64,000 nucleotides of DNA, taken from positions 91,482 through 155,481 of the forward strand of contig NZ_CANDNZ010000006.1 in NCBI RefSeq assembly GCF_947387555.1. Direction: 5' to 3'. Shown here piece after piece: positions 38,130-48,300 of this stretch. Position numbers and translations under genes: made by a program. The DNA comes from Thalassomonas sp. RHCl1 (GTDB lineage: Bacteria; Pseudomonadota; Gammaproteobacteria; Enterobacterales; Alteromonadaceae). The notes beneath the pieces were generated by a model that was given only the letters and a program-made list of their open reading frames with translations, was not told the origin of the DNA and ran no database searches. How positions within the stretch are numbered: position 1 is the first letter of the stretch; every line of letters begins with the position of its first letter.

Positions 38130-38819
38130 TTAACCTCGGGTTAAATCCTGCGTTAACAGTTGCTGCAGCTCTGTCAGTGAAGTTACCTGATAATGGGGAT
38201 CTATGCCGTCGGGTTTGTCTTGGTTATGGCGGTTAAGCCAGCAGGTGTCGATTCCGGCATTAAGGCCGCCGAGAATATCGGAATGGGGGTTATCCCCTAC
38301 CATAAGCACCTGCTCTTTTGCCGGATTATCCATCAGCTCGAAGGCATGTTCAAAAATGGCGACATCCGGTTTGGCCGTGCCCACCTGCTCGGAGATGATC
38401 AACGGATAAAAAGTATCTTTTAGCCCGGTGCGCTCCAGGCGTATGCTTTGCAGTTCGGTAAAACCATTGGTGATGATGCCCATATTGACTTTACCTTCCA
38501 GCGCCTGGATTAATTCCCGGGCACCGGGTAGTAGCGAGCAGATATCCGCCATGGCATTGAGAAATTCGCTGTTGAGGGTTTGCGTGCTGACTTCGAGTTT
38601 TTCTGCCCAGCCTTGGAAGCGGATGTTTTGCACCTGGTGGGCGGTTTTTTTTCCGTCCTGATAATCATCCCACAGCGGCTTGTTGACGGTTTGGTAATGG
38701 TGAAAGTCATCCCGGGAAAAATCAATATCAAAACGGGAAAACATCAGTTTTAAGCCCTGGTAGGCATCGAAATGAAACAGGGTTTCATCGGCGTCAAAAA
38801 GTATCCATTGGTATTTCAT
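38130..38819 (-). CDS. yjjG: HAD-superfamily pyrimidine 5'-nucleotidase, YjjG-like
   Basis: HAD motif I ILFDADETLF. Motif IV-like MVGDNPHSDILGGLNAGI. About 229 aa. Confidence 0.7.
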   Translation of the reverse strand: MKYQWILFDADETLFHFDAYQGLKLMFSRFDIDFSRDDFHHYQTVNKPLWDDYQDGKKTAHQVQNIRFQGWAEKLEVSTQTLNSEFLNAMADICSLLPGARELIQALEGKVNMGIITNGFTELQSIRLERTGLKDTFYPLIISEQVGTAKPDVAIFEHAFELMDNPAKEQVLMVGDNPHSDILGGLNAGIDTCWLNRHNQDKPDGIDPHYQVTSLTELQQLLTQDLTRG

Positions 38820-38936
38820 TTAGTTACGGCTCGCTTTATCTGGATAACGGGGAAACCTGGCGGGAGGGCATATTAGCAGGGATCTGCCTGCTGCGGATAG
38901 CAAAAAAAGCAAATACTTCCAGGAAGGCGGGGGCAA

Positions 38937-39680
38937 TTAATCCCGTTGCCGGCTGTTGATTAAAGGTACAAAGCGCACTGGCAGGATTTTGCGTTTGAAT
39001 ATTTTCCCTTCATCATCTTTAGTGATCAGGGTCAGATACTGGGTTTCATAGAAACCGCCTACGGGAATGATCATAGTGCCGCCGGGTTTTAACTGCATCA
39101 GTAACTGCTCAGGAATTTCGCCGCCGGCGGTGACGATTATGCTGTCGAACGGCGCCTGCTCCGGCCAGCCGAGATAACCGTCTCCTGCACGTACATAAAC
39201 GTTATTATATTCCAGCCGTGCCAGGGTCTTTTTCGCCGCTATTGCCAGTTCGGCAATGATCTCTATGGTATAAACCTGGTTAACCAGGCGGGATAATATT
39301 GCCGCCTGGTAGCCCGAGCCGGTGCCTATTTCCAATACCTTGTGATCCGGCTGCGGGTCGATCAGCTCTGTCATGATGGCAACGATATAAGGTTGGGAAA
39401 TGGTCTGGTTATGGCCTATCGGCAACGGACTGTTGATATAAGCCTGTTGGCGCATCAGAAAAGGTACGAATTCGTGTCTGGGTACGGTAAGTAAAGCCCG
39501 TATCACGTTGGCAGCTAAAACTTCCCTGCCGGTATAGCTAGCGGTTTCGGCAACTTCATAAGTGATAGTGTCTACCATTTGTTGCCTGTCTACTCGATAG
39601 AGATCGCTGGTGTCAGCCGGGGTTGCGATGATCAGTACTCCGATAAGTAAAATATTCACTTTCATGGTAAAGCTAGGCAT
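38937..39680 (-). CDS. pcm: Protein-L-isoaspartate O-methyltransferase paralogue with an N-terminal signal peptide (likely periplasmic)
   Basis: PCMT motifs GHNQTISQPYIVAIMTE and VLEIGTGSGYQAAILS. Hydrophobic N-terminus MKVNILLIGVLIIATPA. Confidence 0.8.
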   Translation of the reverse strand: MPSFTMKVNILLIGVLIIATPADTSDLYRVDRQQMVDTITYEVAETASYTGREVLAANVIRALLTVPRHEFVPFLMRQQAYINSPLPIGHNQTISQPYIVAIMTELIDPQPDHKVLEIGTGSGYQAAILSRLVNQVYTIEIIAELAIAAKKTLARLEYNNVYVRAGDGYLGWPEQAPFDSIIVTAGGEIPEQLLMQLKPGGTMIIPVGGFYETQYLTLITKDDEGKIFKRKILPVRFVPLINSRQRD

Positions 39681-39875
39681 ATGAAAGACGGCTTTAACGC
39701 AAGCTGTGTCTTTATTATAGGTTTTAAAAAGCTCGCTGTTAGCGGTTTAGGTGAAAAAATGCCCTGCCGCAATGCTGTTTGTTTTTTGTACCGGTATACG
39801 CTTGACCCTAAGTGCTAACTGCATTTATAATCTCATTCGAATAATGTTCGAATGTAGTTCACTATAGGTGTAAAT

Positions 39876-40598
39876 ATGGCGCCCGCCCCTAAATTCAGCA
39901 TGCAGGAACAAGAGCAAATGATCCTGGATGCAGCAGAAAAAAGCATTGAAAACAGCTCGCTACTTGATTTTACTATGTCTGCCATTGCCAAAGGTGCCGG
40001 ACTGTCCATGGGCTCGATCTATAAACATGTACAAAGTAAAGAAGATGTGCTGGTTGCCCTGGCAGCCAATATGTATGCCAATGAAGCGGCCATGTACCAC
40101 ACAGTGTTGACCTTGCCGCTGACAATACCGGAAAAGATTATTGCTACTAATCTTATCGACCGCAGCAAGGTACAAACCTACAGTTTTGAAGGCCAGCTGG
40201 ATAACCTGGTGAGCAGTGCGGCGTTATTAAAGCGCGGCTCCCCCATGTGGCTTGATCGCATGAGAAACAACAGCAAAAAAATCGAACAGGAGTTTGATCT
40301 GCTTTTTTCGAATGCTGCCCAAAGCGGTGAGTTTATCAGCGGCATGGAAGCGGTAGAGGAAATCGGTTTGCTGCTGTGGTCGTTAACCGCGGGCTATTTC
40401 CAGCTGGTACGCCAGCACCAGAGTTTATTGCAGGGGGATAATGCCGCTGCCGGCGGGGCGATTGTGGCGATAGCGCCGGATGCCCCCCATGTTCGCGGTC
40501 TGAAAAGAATATTAAATGCCTATGAGTGGCAGCAACCCTTGACGCAGCAGGGAATAGAAAAGGCCTGCCGTTTGCTTGAAGACATTGGCTTCAGGTAA
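39876..40598 (+). CDS. TetR-family transcriptional regulator (likely repressor of the downstream RND pump)
   Basis: TetR HTH LLDFTMSAIAKGAGLSMGSIYKHVQSKEDVLVAL. Located immediately upstream of the MFP/RND genes. Confidence 0.75.
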   Translation: MAPAPKFSMQEQEQMILDAAEKSIENSSLLDFTMSAIAKGAGLSMGSIYKHVQSKEDVLVALAANMYANEAAMYHTVLTLPLTIPEKIIATNLIDRSKVQTYSFEGQLDNLVSSAALLKRGSPMWLDRMRNNSKKIEQEFDLLFSNAAQSGEFISGMEAVEEIGLLLWSLTAGYFQLVRQHQSLLQGDNAAAGGAIVAIAPDAPHVRGLKRILNAYEWQQPLTQQGIEKACRLLEDIGFR

Positions 40599-40645
40599 CA
40601 AGTTTTAGCTAAGCAATTTTAAGTTTTATCCGAGGTAGAAGAAAT

Positions 40646-41755
40646 ATGAATATTAGTCGCTGGGTTATTACCCTGGTTATCTTGCTGCTCGGCGTGGCAG
40701 GTATATTTGGTTATAAAGAGTCGCTGAACACGGCCCGGGCACAACAGGGACAAGGCATGCCGGAACCGTCGGCAACTGTGCTTGCCGAGCTTGTTCAAAC
40801 AGTAAGTTATCAGGCAAGCACTAAGGTCAGCGGGGAAGTACAGGCTTATAAGCAGCTGGAGCTAAATAATGAACTGGCGGGTAAAATCAGCAAGCTTAAC
40901 CTGGTCTCCGGCAGCCGGGTAGAGGCCGGTGATTTGTTGTTGGAGCTGGATCACAGTGAAGAAAGCGCCCGGGTGATCGGGGTAAAAGCACGCCTGGAAT
41001 TAAACCGCCACACCTACAAACGTTACCTGAGACTGCAAAAAAATAATGAAATCAGTGATGAACTGGTGGATCAGGCCAGGGCTGACGTTGAGATCGCTCA
41101 ATCTGAATTGGCGGTATTACAGGCCAATATTCGTAAGAAACAAATTAGTGCCCCTTTTACCGCCCATGTCGGTATTCATAACCTGGAAGTGGGGCAATAT
41201 CTTGACAGCAATACTACTATCACTAAATTGATTGGGGTTTATGACTATACCTGGGTCGACTTTAGCTTGCCTCAGACTTATGGCGAATTAGCCTTGGGCA
41301 CCCAAGTTGAAATCAGCACCATAGCCGATAACAGCCAGGTTTTTCAGGCGGAAATTATTGCTGTCGATCCCCAACTGTCCAGCAGTTCAAGGCAACTGAA
41401 GTACCGGGCACAATTTGCCAAAGCTACGGGTTTTTTAAAGCCTAATACTTTAGTGACTGTTGCAGCACCGGTGGCAAAGGCCCGTGACCTGGTGGCGATT
41501 TCTGACCTTGCCATTACCCGGGATCACCTGGGAGAATATGTTTTTGTGTTAGAAGATGAAGGCAATAACAGCTACCGGGCCAAGCGCCAGAAAGTGATGC
41601 TGGGGGATCGCCGCGGCGATCAGGTCATGGTAACAGACGGTCTGGCACCGGATACCCTTATTGCGACTAAGGGAGCATTTAAACTCAGGCCCGGCCTTAA
41701 GGTTTTTATCACAGATGAAAATGCTGAAACAAACGCCGCCGATACCGCCTCATAA
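40646..41755 (+). CDS. RND efflux periplasmic adaptor (membrane-fusion protein, HlyD/AcrA-like)
   Basis: N-terminal TM anchor plus lipoyl/beta-barrel pattern. Sits between the TetR and RND permease genes. Confidence 0.8.
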   Translation: MNISRWVITLVILLLGVAGIFGYKESLNTARAQQGQGMPEPSATVLAELVQTVSYQASTKVSGEVQAYKQLELNNELAGKISKLNLVSGSRVEAGDLLLELDHSEESARVIGVKARLELNRHTYKRYLRLQKNNEISDELVDQARADVEIAQSELAVLQANIRKKQISAPFTAHVGIHNLEVGQYLDSNTTITKLIGVYDYTWVDFSLPQTYGELALGTQVEISTIADNSQVFQAEIIAVDPQLSSSSRQLKYRAQFAKATGFLKPNTLVTVAAPVAKARDLVAISDLAITRDHLGEYVFVLEDEGNNSYRAKRQKVMLGDRRGDQVMVTDGLAPDTLIATKGAFKLRPGLKVFITDENAETNAADTAS

Positions 41756-41772
41756 GCCCCGGGAGATACTTT

Positions 41773-44700
41773 ATGTTGCAAGTTAATCAGCCGGGGCAGG
41801 AAAAAAACTCGGTTATGGATATTTTTGTCCACCGTCCCGTGGTCGCTCTGGTATTGTCGATTATCATCTGTCTGGCGGGCCTGTGGGCGGTGACCAAGAT
41901 CCCGGTGCTGCAGTTTCCAAAAATTGAAAGCTCTTCCCTGGTGATCAGCACTAACTATACCGGCGCTTCAGCCAGTGTGGTACAGGGCTTTGTCAGTGAG
42001 CCGATAGAAAGGGTTGCCGCCAGCGTGCCCGGGGTGGAATATGTCGACTCCGTTACCAACTCAGGACATAGTACCGTGACCGCCTGGTTGAAACTCAATG
42101 AAAACAGCACTCATGCCTTGGCTGAGCTCAATGCGAGATTAAGTCAGATACGTTTCGAGTTACCGCCGGGGGCGGAAGATCCCGTGGTGTCGGTGAGCCG
42201 TACCGACCGGCCGTTTGCGGTTTTCTACCTTAATGTCCATGCCAAAGATATCAGCCGCTCCGAGCTGACGGATTATCTTACCCGTCAGGTGAATCCTATT
42301 ATCAATGGTATCGAAGGGGTGCAAAGAGTGGGCATTGAAGGGGGCAGGACCCCGGCGATGCGGGTGTGGCTTGATGCCGAGCGCCTGTCGGTGTTTAACC
42401 TCAGTGCCGAAGAAGTTTATAACGCCCTGGCGGCCAATAATACCATTGCCACCTTAGGTTACAGTGAAAACAACCGCCAGCGCATTGATATTATTGCCAA
42501 CAGCCAGTTATCGAAAGTCAGTGAATTTGAACGCCTGGTGGTGAAAAAAATCGATAATGCGGTGATTTATCTTAAAGACGTGGCCAAAGTGGAGTTGGGG
42601 GCGGAAGAAGCCAGCGTAACCGCACGTCTGGATAAAGAAGATACCGTATATATTTCCGTATGGCCCCTGCCCGGCGCCAATGAAATTGCCATCGGCGACC
42701 GTTTGTACCAGGTGCTGGATGAAGTTAATGCCTCTTTGCCGTCGGGTATGATGATTGACTTTGCCTATGACGGCACCCTGTATATGCGCGATGCCTTAAA
42801 AGAAATCTTTTCCACCCTGACTGAAACCGTGGTGCTGGTGGGCCTGGTAGTACTTATGCTGATGGGCTCGTTCAGAAGCGCCCTGGTGCCTTTGGTCACT
42901 ATTCCTATTTCTATTTTAGGGGCGGTAGCCGCGATGTCGGCGATGGGTTTTTCATTAAACCTGTTAACCGTGCTGGCCATCGTATTGTCTGTCGGTTTAG
43001 TGGTGGACGATGCTATCGTCGTGGTGGAAAATGTTGCCCGCTTTATGCGCCAGGGCATGTCACGGACCCGGGCGGCGTTGCTCAGCTCACGCCAGCTGTT
43101 GGTGCCTATTATTGCCATGACCCTGACCTTGGCCGCCGTTTACGCCCCGATAGGCTTTTTATCCGGCTTAACCGGGGTCTTGTTTAAGGAATTTGCCTTT
43201 ACCCTGGCAATCGCCGTGATCATTTCCGGGGTGGTAGCGGTGACGTTGTCGCCGATCATGAGTGCTTATGTCTCTCCCAAAGGTGGGGAAGAAGGCTGGT
43301 TAACCGCCAAGGTTAACGGCATTTTCGAACGGGTGCAGGTGAAATATGCTGCCATACTGGCCCGGGCATTCCACTGGCAGGGACAGATTTTCCTGGTGGC
43401 CCTGGTGGTCTCCCTGATGGTGATCCCGTTTTATCTGTTTTCGGCAAAAGAATTGGCGCCGATTGAAGATCAAAGCAGTATTAATGTCGTGGTACAGGCG
43501 CCGCCCGAGTCTTCCCTGAGCTACAATGTCGGCGAAATGCAGCAGGTGGTCTCAGACCTGCTTGAGGTGGAAGGCGGTACCCATATGTGGCAAATCGTAC
43601 AGAATTCCGGAGGTTTCGGCGGACTGGAACTGGTGCCCAGCGATGAGCGGGATTTCAGCCCGCAGGAAAAACTGCCGGAAGTTTACGGCCGTTTATCCGG
43701 CATTGCCGGTCTGGATTTACTGCCGATATTGCCGGGCTCTTTGCCGACTGCCGGCCAGTTTGAAATTGAACTGGTGGTTAAATCCAGCGACCCCTATGAA
43801 AAAATGAAGCTTTATGCCGACCAGCTGGTGGGCGCCGCCTTCCAGAGCGGTAAATTTCTTTTTGCCGATACCGATCTGAAAATAGATTTGCCGCAAATCG
43901 AATTAAAACTGAACCGGGAAAAAATAGCCGATCTCGGCATGAATATTTCGACCGTAAGTGATCAGCTGGGTATTTTGCTTTCCAGTAATTATGTCAACCG
44001 CTTTGATGCCAACGGCAAGGCGTACCGGGTGATCCCTATTGTCGGCGACGAGGTGCGCAGTAAACCGGAGAGTATCTTAAACCTGACCTTGAAATTACCC
44101 GGCGGTGAGTTGATCCCGGTATCTGCCATTGCTGAACTGAAATGGCTGACCGGGCCGAGAAAATTAGGCACTTTCGGGCAACAAAAGGCGTTCCGGATTT
44201 ATGGCGGTGTCCTGCCGGGCACCACCAAGGAAGAGGCCCTCTCGACCCTGGAAGCGGCGGCGGCAGAAATCTTACCGCCTTCCTACAGCCTGGATTATGC
44301 CGGCGAATCGCGTCAGCTAAGAAAAGAAGGCAATACCTTGCTGGCGGTGCTGGCGGTATCTTTGCTGATTGTTTACCTGGTGTTGGCGGTGCAGTTTAAC
44401 AGTTTCCGCGACCCCCTGGTGGTGTTGCTCGGCTGTGTGCCGCTGGCCTTATCCGGTGCCTTGTTGTTGCCTTATCTCGAGCTGACCACCATCAATATCT
44501 ATTCCCAGATAGGTTTGATCACTTTGATCGGCCTGATTGCGAAAAACGGTATCCTGATCGTTGAATTTGCCAACCATATGCAGGAGCAAGGCATGGATAA
44601 ACTGGCGGCGGTGACCGAAGCGGCCACCACACGTTTGCGCCCTATCCTGATGACCACGGCAGCCACGGTGCTGGGGCATTTCCCGCTGGTATTGGTTAGC

Positions 44701-44871
44701 GGTGCCGGCGCCGAAGCCCGTAACAGTATCGGCATTATCTTGGTGGCGGGTATGCTGATAGGCACGATATTTACCTTATTCGTGCTGCCGGCATTTTATT
44801 TATGGCTGGCAAAAAAGCGTGATAACACCACAGTGGAAGCCGTGGCTTTAACGCCGGACATGGCAGCTTAG
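41773..44871 (+). CDS. RND multidrug efflux transporter permease (AcrB/AcrD/AcrF family)
   Basis: 1032 aa, 12 TM with two large periplasmic loops. Conserved VLSVGLVVDDAIVVVEN and GIILVAGM...FVLPAFY motifs. Confidence 0.9.
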   Translation: MLQVNQPGQEKNSVMDIFVHRPVVALVLSIIICLAGLWAVTKIPVLQFPKIESSSLVISTNYTGASASVVQGFVSEPIERVAASVPGVEYVDSVTNSGHSTVTAWLKLNENSTHALAELNARLSQIRFELPPGAEDPVVSVSRTDRPFAVFYLNVHAKDISRSELTDYLTRQVNPIINGIEGVQRVGIEGGRTPAMRVWLDAERLSVFNLSAEEVYNALAANNTIATLGYSENNRQRIDIIANSQLSKVSEFERLVVKKIDNAVIYLKDVAKVELGAEEASVTARLDKEDTVYISVWPLPGANEIAIGDRLYQVLDEVNASLPSGMMIDFAYDGTLYMRDALKEIFSTLTETVVLVGLVVLMLMGSFRSALVPLVTIPISILGAVAAMSAMGFSLNLLTVLAIVLSVGLVVDDAIVVVENVARFMRQGMSRTRAALLSSRQLLVPIIAMTLTLAAVYAPIGFLSGLTGVLFKEFAFTLAIAVIISGVVAVTLSPIMSAYVSPKGGEEGWLTAKVNGIFERVQVKYAAILARAFHWQGQIFLVALVVSLMVIPFYLFSAKELAPIEDQSSINVVVQAPPESSLSYNVGEMQQVVSDLLEVEGGTHMWQIVQNSGGFGGLELVPSDERDFSPQEKLPEVYGRLSGIAGLDLLPILPGSLPTAGQFEIELVVKSSDPYEKMKLYADQLVGAAFQSGKFLFADTDLKIDLPQIELKLNREKIADLGMNISTVSDQLGILLSSNYVNRFDANGKAYRVIPIVGDEVRSKPESILNLTLKLPGGELIPVSAIAELKWLTGPRKLGTFGQQKAFRIYGGVLPGTTKEEALSTLEAAAAEILPPSYSLDYAGESRQLRKEGNTLLAVLAVSLLIVYLVLAVQFNSFRDPLVVLLGCVPLALSGALLLPYLELTTINIYSQIGLITLIGLIAKNGILIVEFANHMQEQGMDKLAAVTEAATTRLRPILMTTAATVLGHFPLVLVSGAGAEARNSIGIILVAGMLIGTIFTLFVLPAFYLWLAKKRDNTTVEAVALTPDMAA

Positions 44872-44884
44872 CTCTGTATCAGTA

Positions 44885-45970
44885 TTACCCGGCGTCAGTG
44901 TTAAGCTGAGGCAAGCGTTCTAAAACGGAAGACGACAGCCCGGCAGCGGACAGGGCTGTTGTCGCCACCTCCTTGTTATTGCCTGCGGCTATTTGGCTGG
45001 TCTCGGCTCCCAGGACAGTGTCGGTGATGCCGTCAAACAGCCCCCGATAATCAAAATTAATCACGGTATTGTTAATGGAATTTCCCGTGATGCCTTCCAG
45101 GGTCAGGTCCGCCGCGGATACGGCGAGTCCCACAGGTCCGCCATATAAAAAGCCGCCGGTTAATTTGGCTACGGCGCTCATATCCTGTTCGGTGACCTGT
45201 TGGTAAATACCGGAAACGACGGGAATATGTTGCAGTATATTCACCGAATCAAAGGCATCGGTTAATTCCAGGCCGTTATCGCCAAAGGAAAATTCGCTGA
45301 GCGTGTCTATCAGTGAGGAGTCGCCATCGACCTGGGCTGTCTGTTCACCGCCAGCTGTTTGTTCCTGGTCCGTGCCGGTTTCACTGTTCTCAGCCTGTCG
45401 GGCTTTGCCGCTGAACAGGTTGGCCTGTAATGAAGACAGGAAAGCCCCCTGCAAGGCGTCTAACGAACTGGCAGAAGTGATATCTTTGCTATCCAGGCCT
45501 TCGGCGTCGGTGAAGTTCAGTCCCAGGGTCGACAATATCTGCTGCTGGATATTGGTTGCGGCATCCGGTGATGTCGCTTTCACTTCAGGCTCTTTAGCTG
45601 CTTTTTGGGGAGCCGTGTTGGTCTCATCCTTAGCAGCTGCCGCGGCCGTTCTGGCAGCAACACCGGCTGCTATTTTTGCAGCATGTTCGGTATTATTGGC
45701 CATGGCGGGATCATTCGGGTCGGCGGGCGTTAAATGGGTGATTGGCGATGAAGCTGGTGTTTGCGGGTCTGTCAGCTGTGAGTACAGTTTGCTAAAGCCC
45801 TGCCCCAGATCATTGAGGCCTCCCAGTGCCCGATCCGCCACTTGCTCTAACTGGTTTAAGCCGCTATCAAACATGGATTGACTAACGGGGGCTGAAGCTT
45901 GTTGGTTGGGTATTTTCACTGTACCTCCCGGGCACCAAAAATGTGCCTTGCTTGTATAAGGGTATAGCAA
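44885..45970 (-). CDS. Hypothetical Ala/Thr/Gly-rich protein
   Basis: ORF convergent with the RND gene. Low-complexity middle (AAKIAAGVAARTAAAAAKDET...). Start uncertain, with an alternative at MFDSGLNQ. Confidence 0.35.
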   Translation of the reverse strand: MLYPYTSKAHFWCPGGTVKIPNQQASAPVSQSMFDSGLNQLEQVADRALGGLNDLGQGFSKLYSQLTDPQTPASSPITHLTPADPNDPAMANNTEHAAKIAAGVAARTAAAAAKDETNTAPQKAAKEPEVKATSPDAATNIQQQILSTLGLNFTDAEGLDSKDITSASSLDALQGAFLSSLQANLFSGKARQAENSETGTDQEQTAGGEQTAQVDGDSSLIDTLSEFSFGDNGLELTDAFDSVNILQHIPVVSGIYQQVTEQDMSAVAKLTGGFLYGGPVGLAVSAADLTLEGITGNSINNTVINFDYRGLFDGITDTVLGAETSQIAAGNNKEVATTALSAAGLSSSVLERLPQLNTDAG

Positions 45971-46116
45971 TATTGTTAATTATATCAGTGGCATGTCAAT
46001 GAAGATTACACTCAGTTACAGCTTTGACACTTGTTTACCCGGTTATAACAAAAGGCTACAGAACCAAGTCCAAAGCGCTGCAATAATAAGATCAAACTCT
46101 GCCTGAGCTGAAACTT

Positions 46117-46863
46117 ATGAAAAACCGGATTTTTATACTTGCCCTGTTAAACAGTTTGTTATTTGCCTGTAGCACTACCGGCGAACTGGATAAAGAGATC
46201 ATCAGTGACAGCCCCACCAACCCTAAGGTCAGTCAGCGACCGGCGCAAAAACAAAGCGAAGAAGTGATGCCGGATGCGCCCGCCTACCGGCCGATAAGGG
46301 GCAGCCGGATAGAAGTGGTGCAGCTGCCGACCGGTTCTTTGTTTAATCCCCGTCGGGCGATAGGCCTGTACCAGCCCAGCAGCCATTATCAGGTGGGCGA
46401 TATGATCCTGATCCGGCTGGAGGAGAAAACCACGGCGAAAAAATCGCTGGATTATAAAACCGATAAAAACGGTCATTTTGAATTGCAGCCGGTGACCTTT
46501 AATGCCGGTAATATCCAGGTGGGGGATAATGATTTAAGCGCCGCATTCGAGCAGGAAAATACCTTTGACAGCTCGGCGCAAACCAAGCAAAACAACTCCC
46601 TGACCGGCGATATCACCGTCTCTGTGCGTGAACTCTTACCCAACGGTAACCTGATTGTCAGCGGGGAAAAATGGCTTACCTTAAATACCGGCGATGAATA
46701 TATCCGCTTTTCCGGGCAAATCCGGGCCAGTGATATCGACAGCGATAATTCCATCAGCTCGGTTAAGGTCGGCAATGCCCGCATCGAATACAGCGGTAAG
46801 GGAGAGCAGCAGGCGAACCAGGAAAAATCCCTGCTGGGTAAATTATTCGGCATCCTGGAATAG
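46117..46863 (+). CDS. FlgH-like outer-membrane lipoprotein (flagellar L-ring protein family paralogue) outside any flagellar cluster
   Basis: Lipobox LLFAC|S. C-terminal half NGNLIVSGEKWLTLNTGDEYIRFSGQIRASDI...VGNARIEYSGKG closely parallels the FlgH consensus (…GEK…IRFSG…ADARIEY.G.G). Confidence 0.6.
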   Translation: MKNRIFILALLNSLLFACSTTGELDKEIISDSPTNPKVSQRPAQKQSEEVMPDAPAYRPIRGSRIEVVQLPTGSLFNPRRAIGLYQPSSHYQVGDMILIRLEEKTTAKKSLDYKTDKNGHFELQPVTFNAGNIQVGDNDLSAAFEQENTFDSSAQTKQNNSLTGDITVSVRELLPNGNLIVSGEKWLTLNTGDEYIRFSGQIRASDIDSDNSISSVKVGNARIEYSGKGEQQANQEKSLLGKLFGILE

Positions 46864-46874
46864 GAACCTGACTT

Positions 46875-48050
46875 ATGTGGCCGGTGTGTATGCGATTGTT
46901 ATTTCTTTTTATCCCCTTTATTTTCCCGCTTGCGGCAAGCGGACAGTGGTATCAGGGTAGCGCGCAAGTGGCCGTTACCGGTTTTGATTTTGATGAAGTG
47001 CGCACCAGGGCAATCAAAAGGGCCATCACCAATGCTTCGTTTCAGGCCAGCAGTTATATCAATGCCGAGGAAATTGTGCTTGACGGTTTATTGCAAAGCA
47101 GTAAATCCGCGATCCGCAGCGAAGGGCGGCTCAGGCGGGTGGAAATCCTCAGTGAAACTGTGCTGGATGATATGCTCACGGTGGAAGTTCGGGTGGACTT
47201 TGAACCCCAAATGGGCTGCGCCGGCGATGAATATCGTAAAAGCCTGGTGATCGCCCAGATGCCTTTGCTTAATGCCGCGCAAGGGGCTAACGGCGGCATG
47301 TTTAATATCGGCAGCCATGTCAGTAAAAGGTTTGAGCAGCAGCTGCTGGCGCAGGAAAATGTTGCTATCGGCCAGTTGCTGAACCAGGCTTTTCTGCCCC
47401 ATAACAGCATGCAGCAAATTGACTACCGGGAAGCAGCGGAAACCGCGCGTTATCTGGCGGGGGAATATGCCAGCCAGTTTATTTTGTTCGGTTTTATCCG
47501 GGATATCAGTTTATTTGAGCAGGTCAAAGATCAGTTGCTCTTTGATGACGTTAAACTCAGGCGCAATTTTACCATGCAGATCTATCTGTTCGACGGTATC
47601 CGCGGCAGTATCCTGATGCAAAAAGAATATCACGGCGAAAGCGATTGGTTATTTGCCGCCCATGAAACTGTAGATACCTATAACAGCCTGTTTTGGCGCA
47701 GCGATTACGGACGCATGATGCTCAATACCATTAACGGTGCGGTGACTGATATCGATGATGCCCTAAGGTGTCAGCAAAGCCTGGCACAGGTGATCAGCAA
47801 GGGAGAGCACGAGCTGGTGATCAATATGGGCAACAAGCATGGTTTAAAGGCCAGGGATGAGTTCAGGTTGATGAAATATCGGCTGCTGGTCGGTGCCAAC
47901 GGGCAAAGCCTGCCGTTATTGTCGGCCAATGAACAGAGGTTTTTCACTGTTTCCCGGGTAGACAGCCAGAGTGCGGTATTAACCAGCGCCAGTGCCAGCC
48001 TGCTCGAAAACAGCCACCTATTTGACTTTGTCAGCCCCAAAACCCAATAA
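46875..48050 (+). CDS. Secreted hypothetical protein (391 aa), downstream partner of the FlgH-like lipoprotein
   Basis: Signal peptide MWPVCMRLLFLFIPFIFPLAASG. The gene starts 11 nt after the upstream stop. The N-terminus QWYQGSAQVAVTGFDF is faintly reminiscent of Vibrio FlgT, a memory-based and unverified comparison. Confidence 0.45.
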   Translation: MWPVCMRLLFLFIPFIFPLAASGQWYQGSAQVAVTGFDFDEVRTRAIKRAITNASFQASSYINAEEIVLDGLLQSSKSAIRSEGRLRRVEILSETVLDDMLTVEVRVDFEPQMGCAGDEYRKSLVIAQMPLLNAAQGANGGMFNIGSHVSKRFEQQLLAQENVAIGQLLNQAFLPHNSMQQIDYREAAETARYLAGEYASQFILFGFIRDISLFEQVKDQLLFDDVKLRRNFTMQIYLFDGIRGSILMQKEYHGESDWLFAAHETVDTYNSLFWRSDYGRMMLNTINGAVTDIDDALRCQQSLAQVISKGEHELVINMGNKHGLKARDEFRLMKYRLLVGANGQSLPLLSANEQRFFTVSRVDSQSAVLTSASASLLENSHLFDFVSPKTQ

Positions 48051-48078
48051 AACCTAACTTTGGCGATGAAAGCTTAAA

Positions 48079-48300
48079 AGCGATTTTTTGGGTACTGGGG
48101 GAAGAGGCCCATATAGTCACACCAGGTGCTGATATTTGAGCCTGGCATGAAAGGGTCAGAAGCGTTTTTTTTGGTATTGGGGGTAGAGTTCCATATAGTC
48201 GCACCAGGTGCTGATATTTCAGCCTGGCATGAAAGGGTCAGAAGCGTTTTTTCTGGTATTGGGGGTAGAGTTCCATATAGTCGCACCAGGTACTGAAATG
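48079..48300. repeat. Tandem direct repeat, about 82-bp unit x about 2.7 copies, duplicating the 3' end (last ~27 codons plus stop plus T-run) of the 48238-48567 gene
   Basis: AGCG(A)TTTTTTGGTA(C/T)TGGGGG(A/T)AGAG(G/T)(C/T)CCATATAGTC(A/G)CACCAGGT(G/A)CTGA(T/A)AT(T/G)... units start at 48079, 48161 and 48243. Each unit on the minus strand encodes ...STWCDYM(E/G)L(Y/F)PQY(Q/P)K(K/N)RF*. Confidence 0.8.

Noticed and set aside
48074-48286. 70-aa minus-strand ORF
   Set aside because: It is an artefactual read-through across the 82-bp tandem repeat units, which are duplicated 3' gene ends. It is reported as part of the repeat, not as an independent gene.
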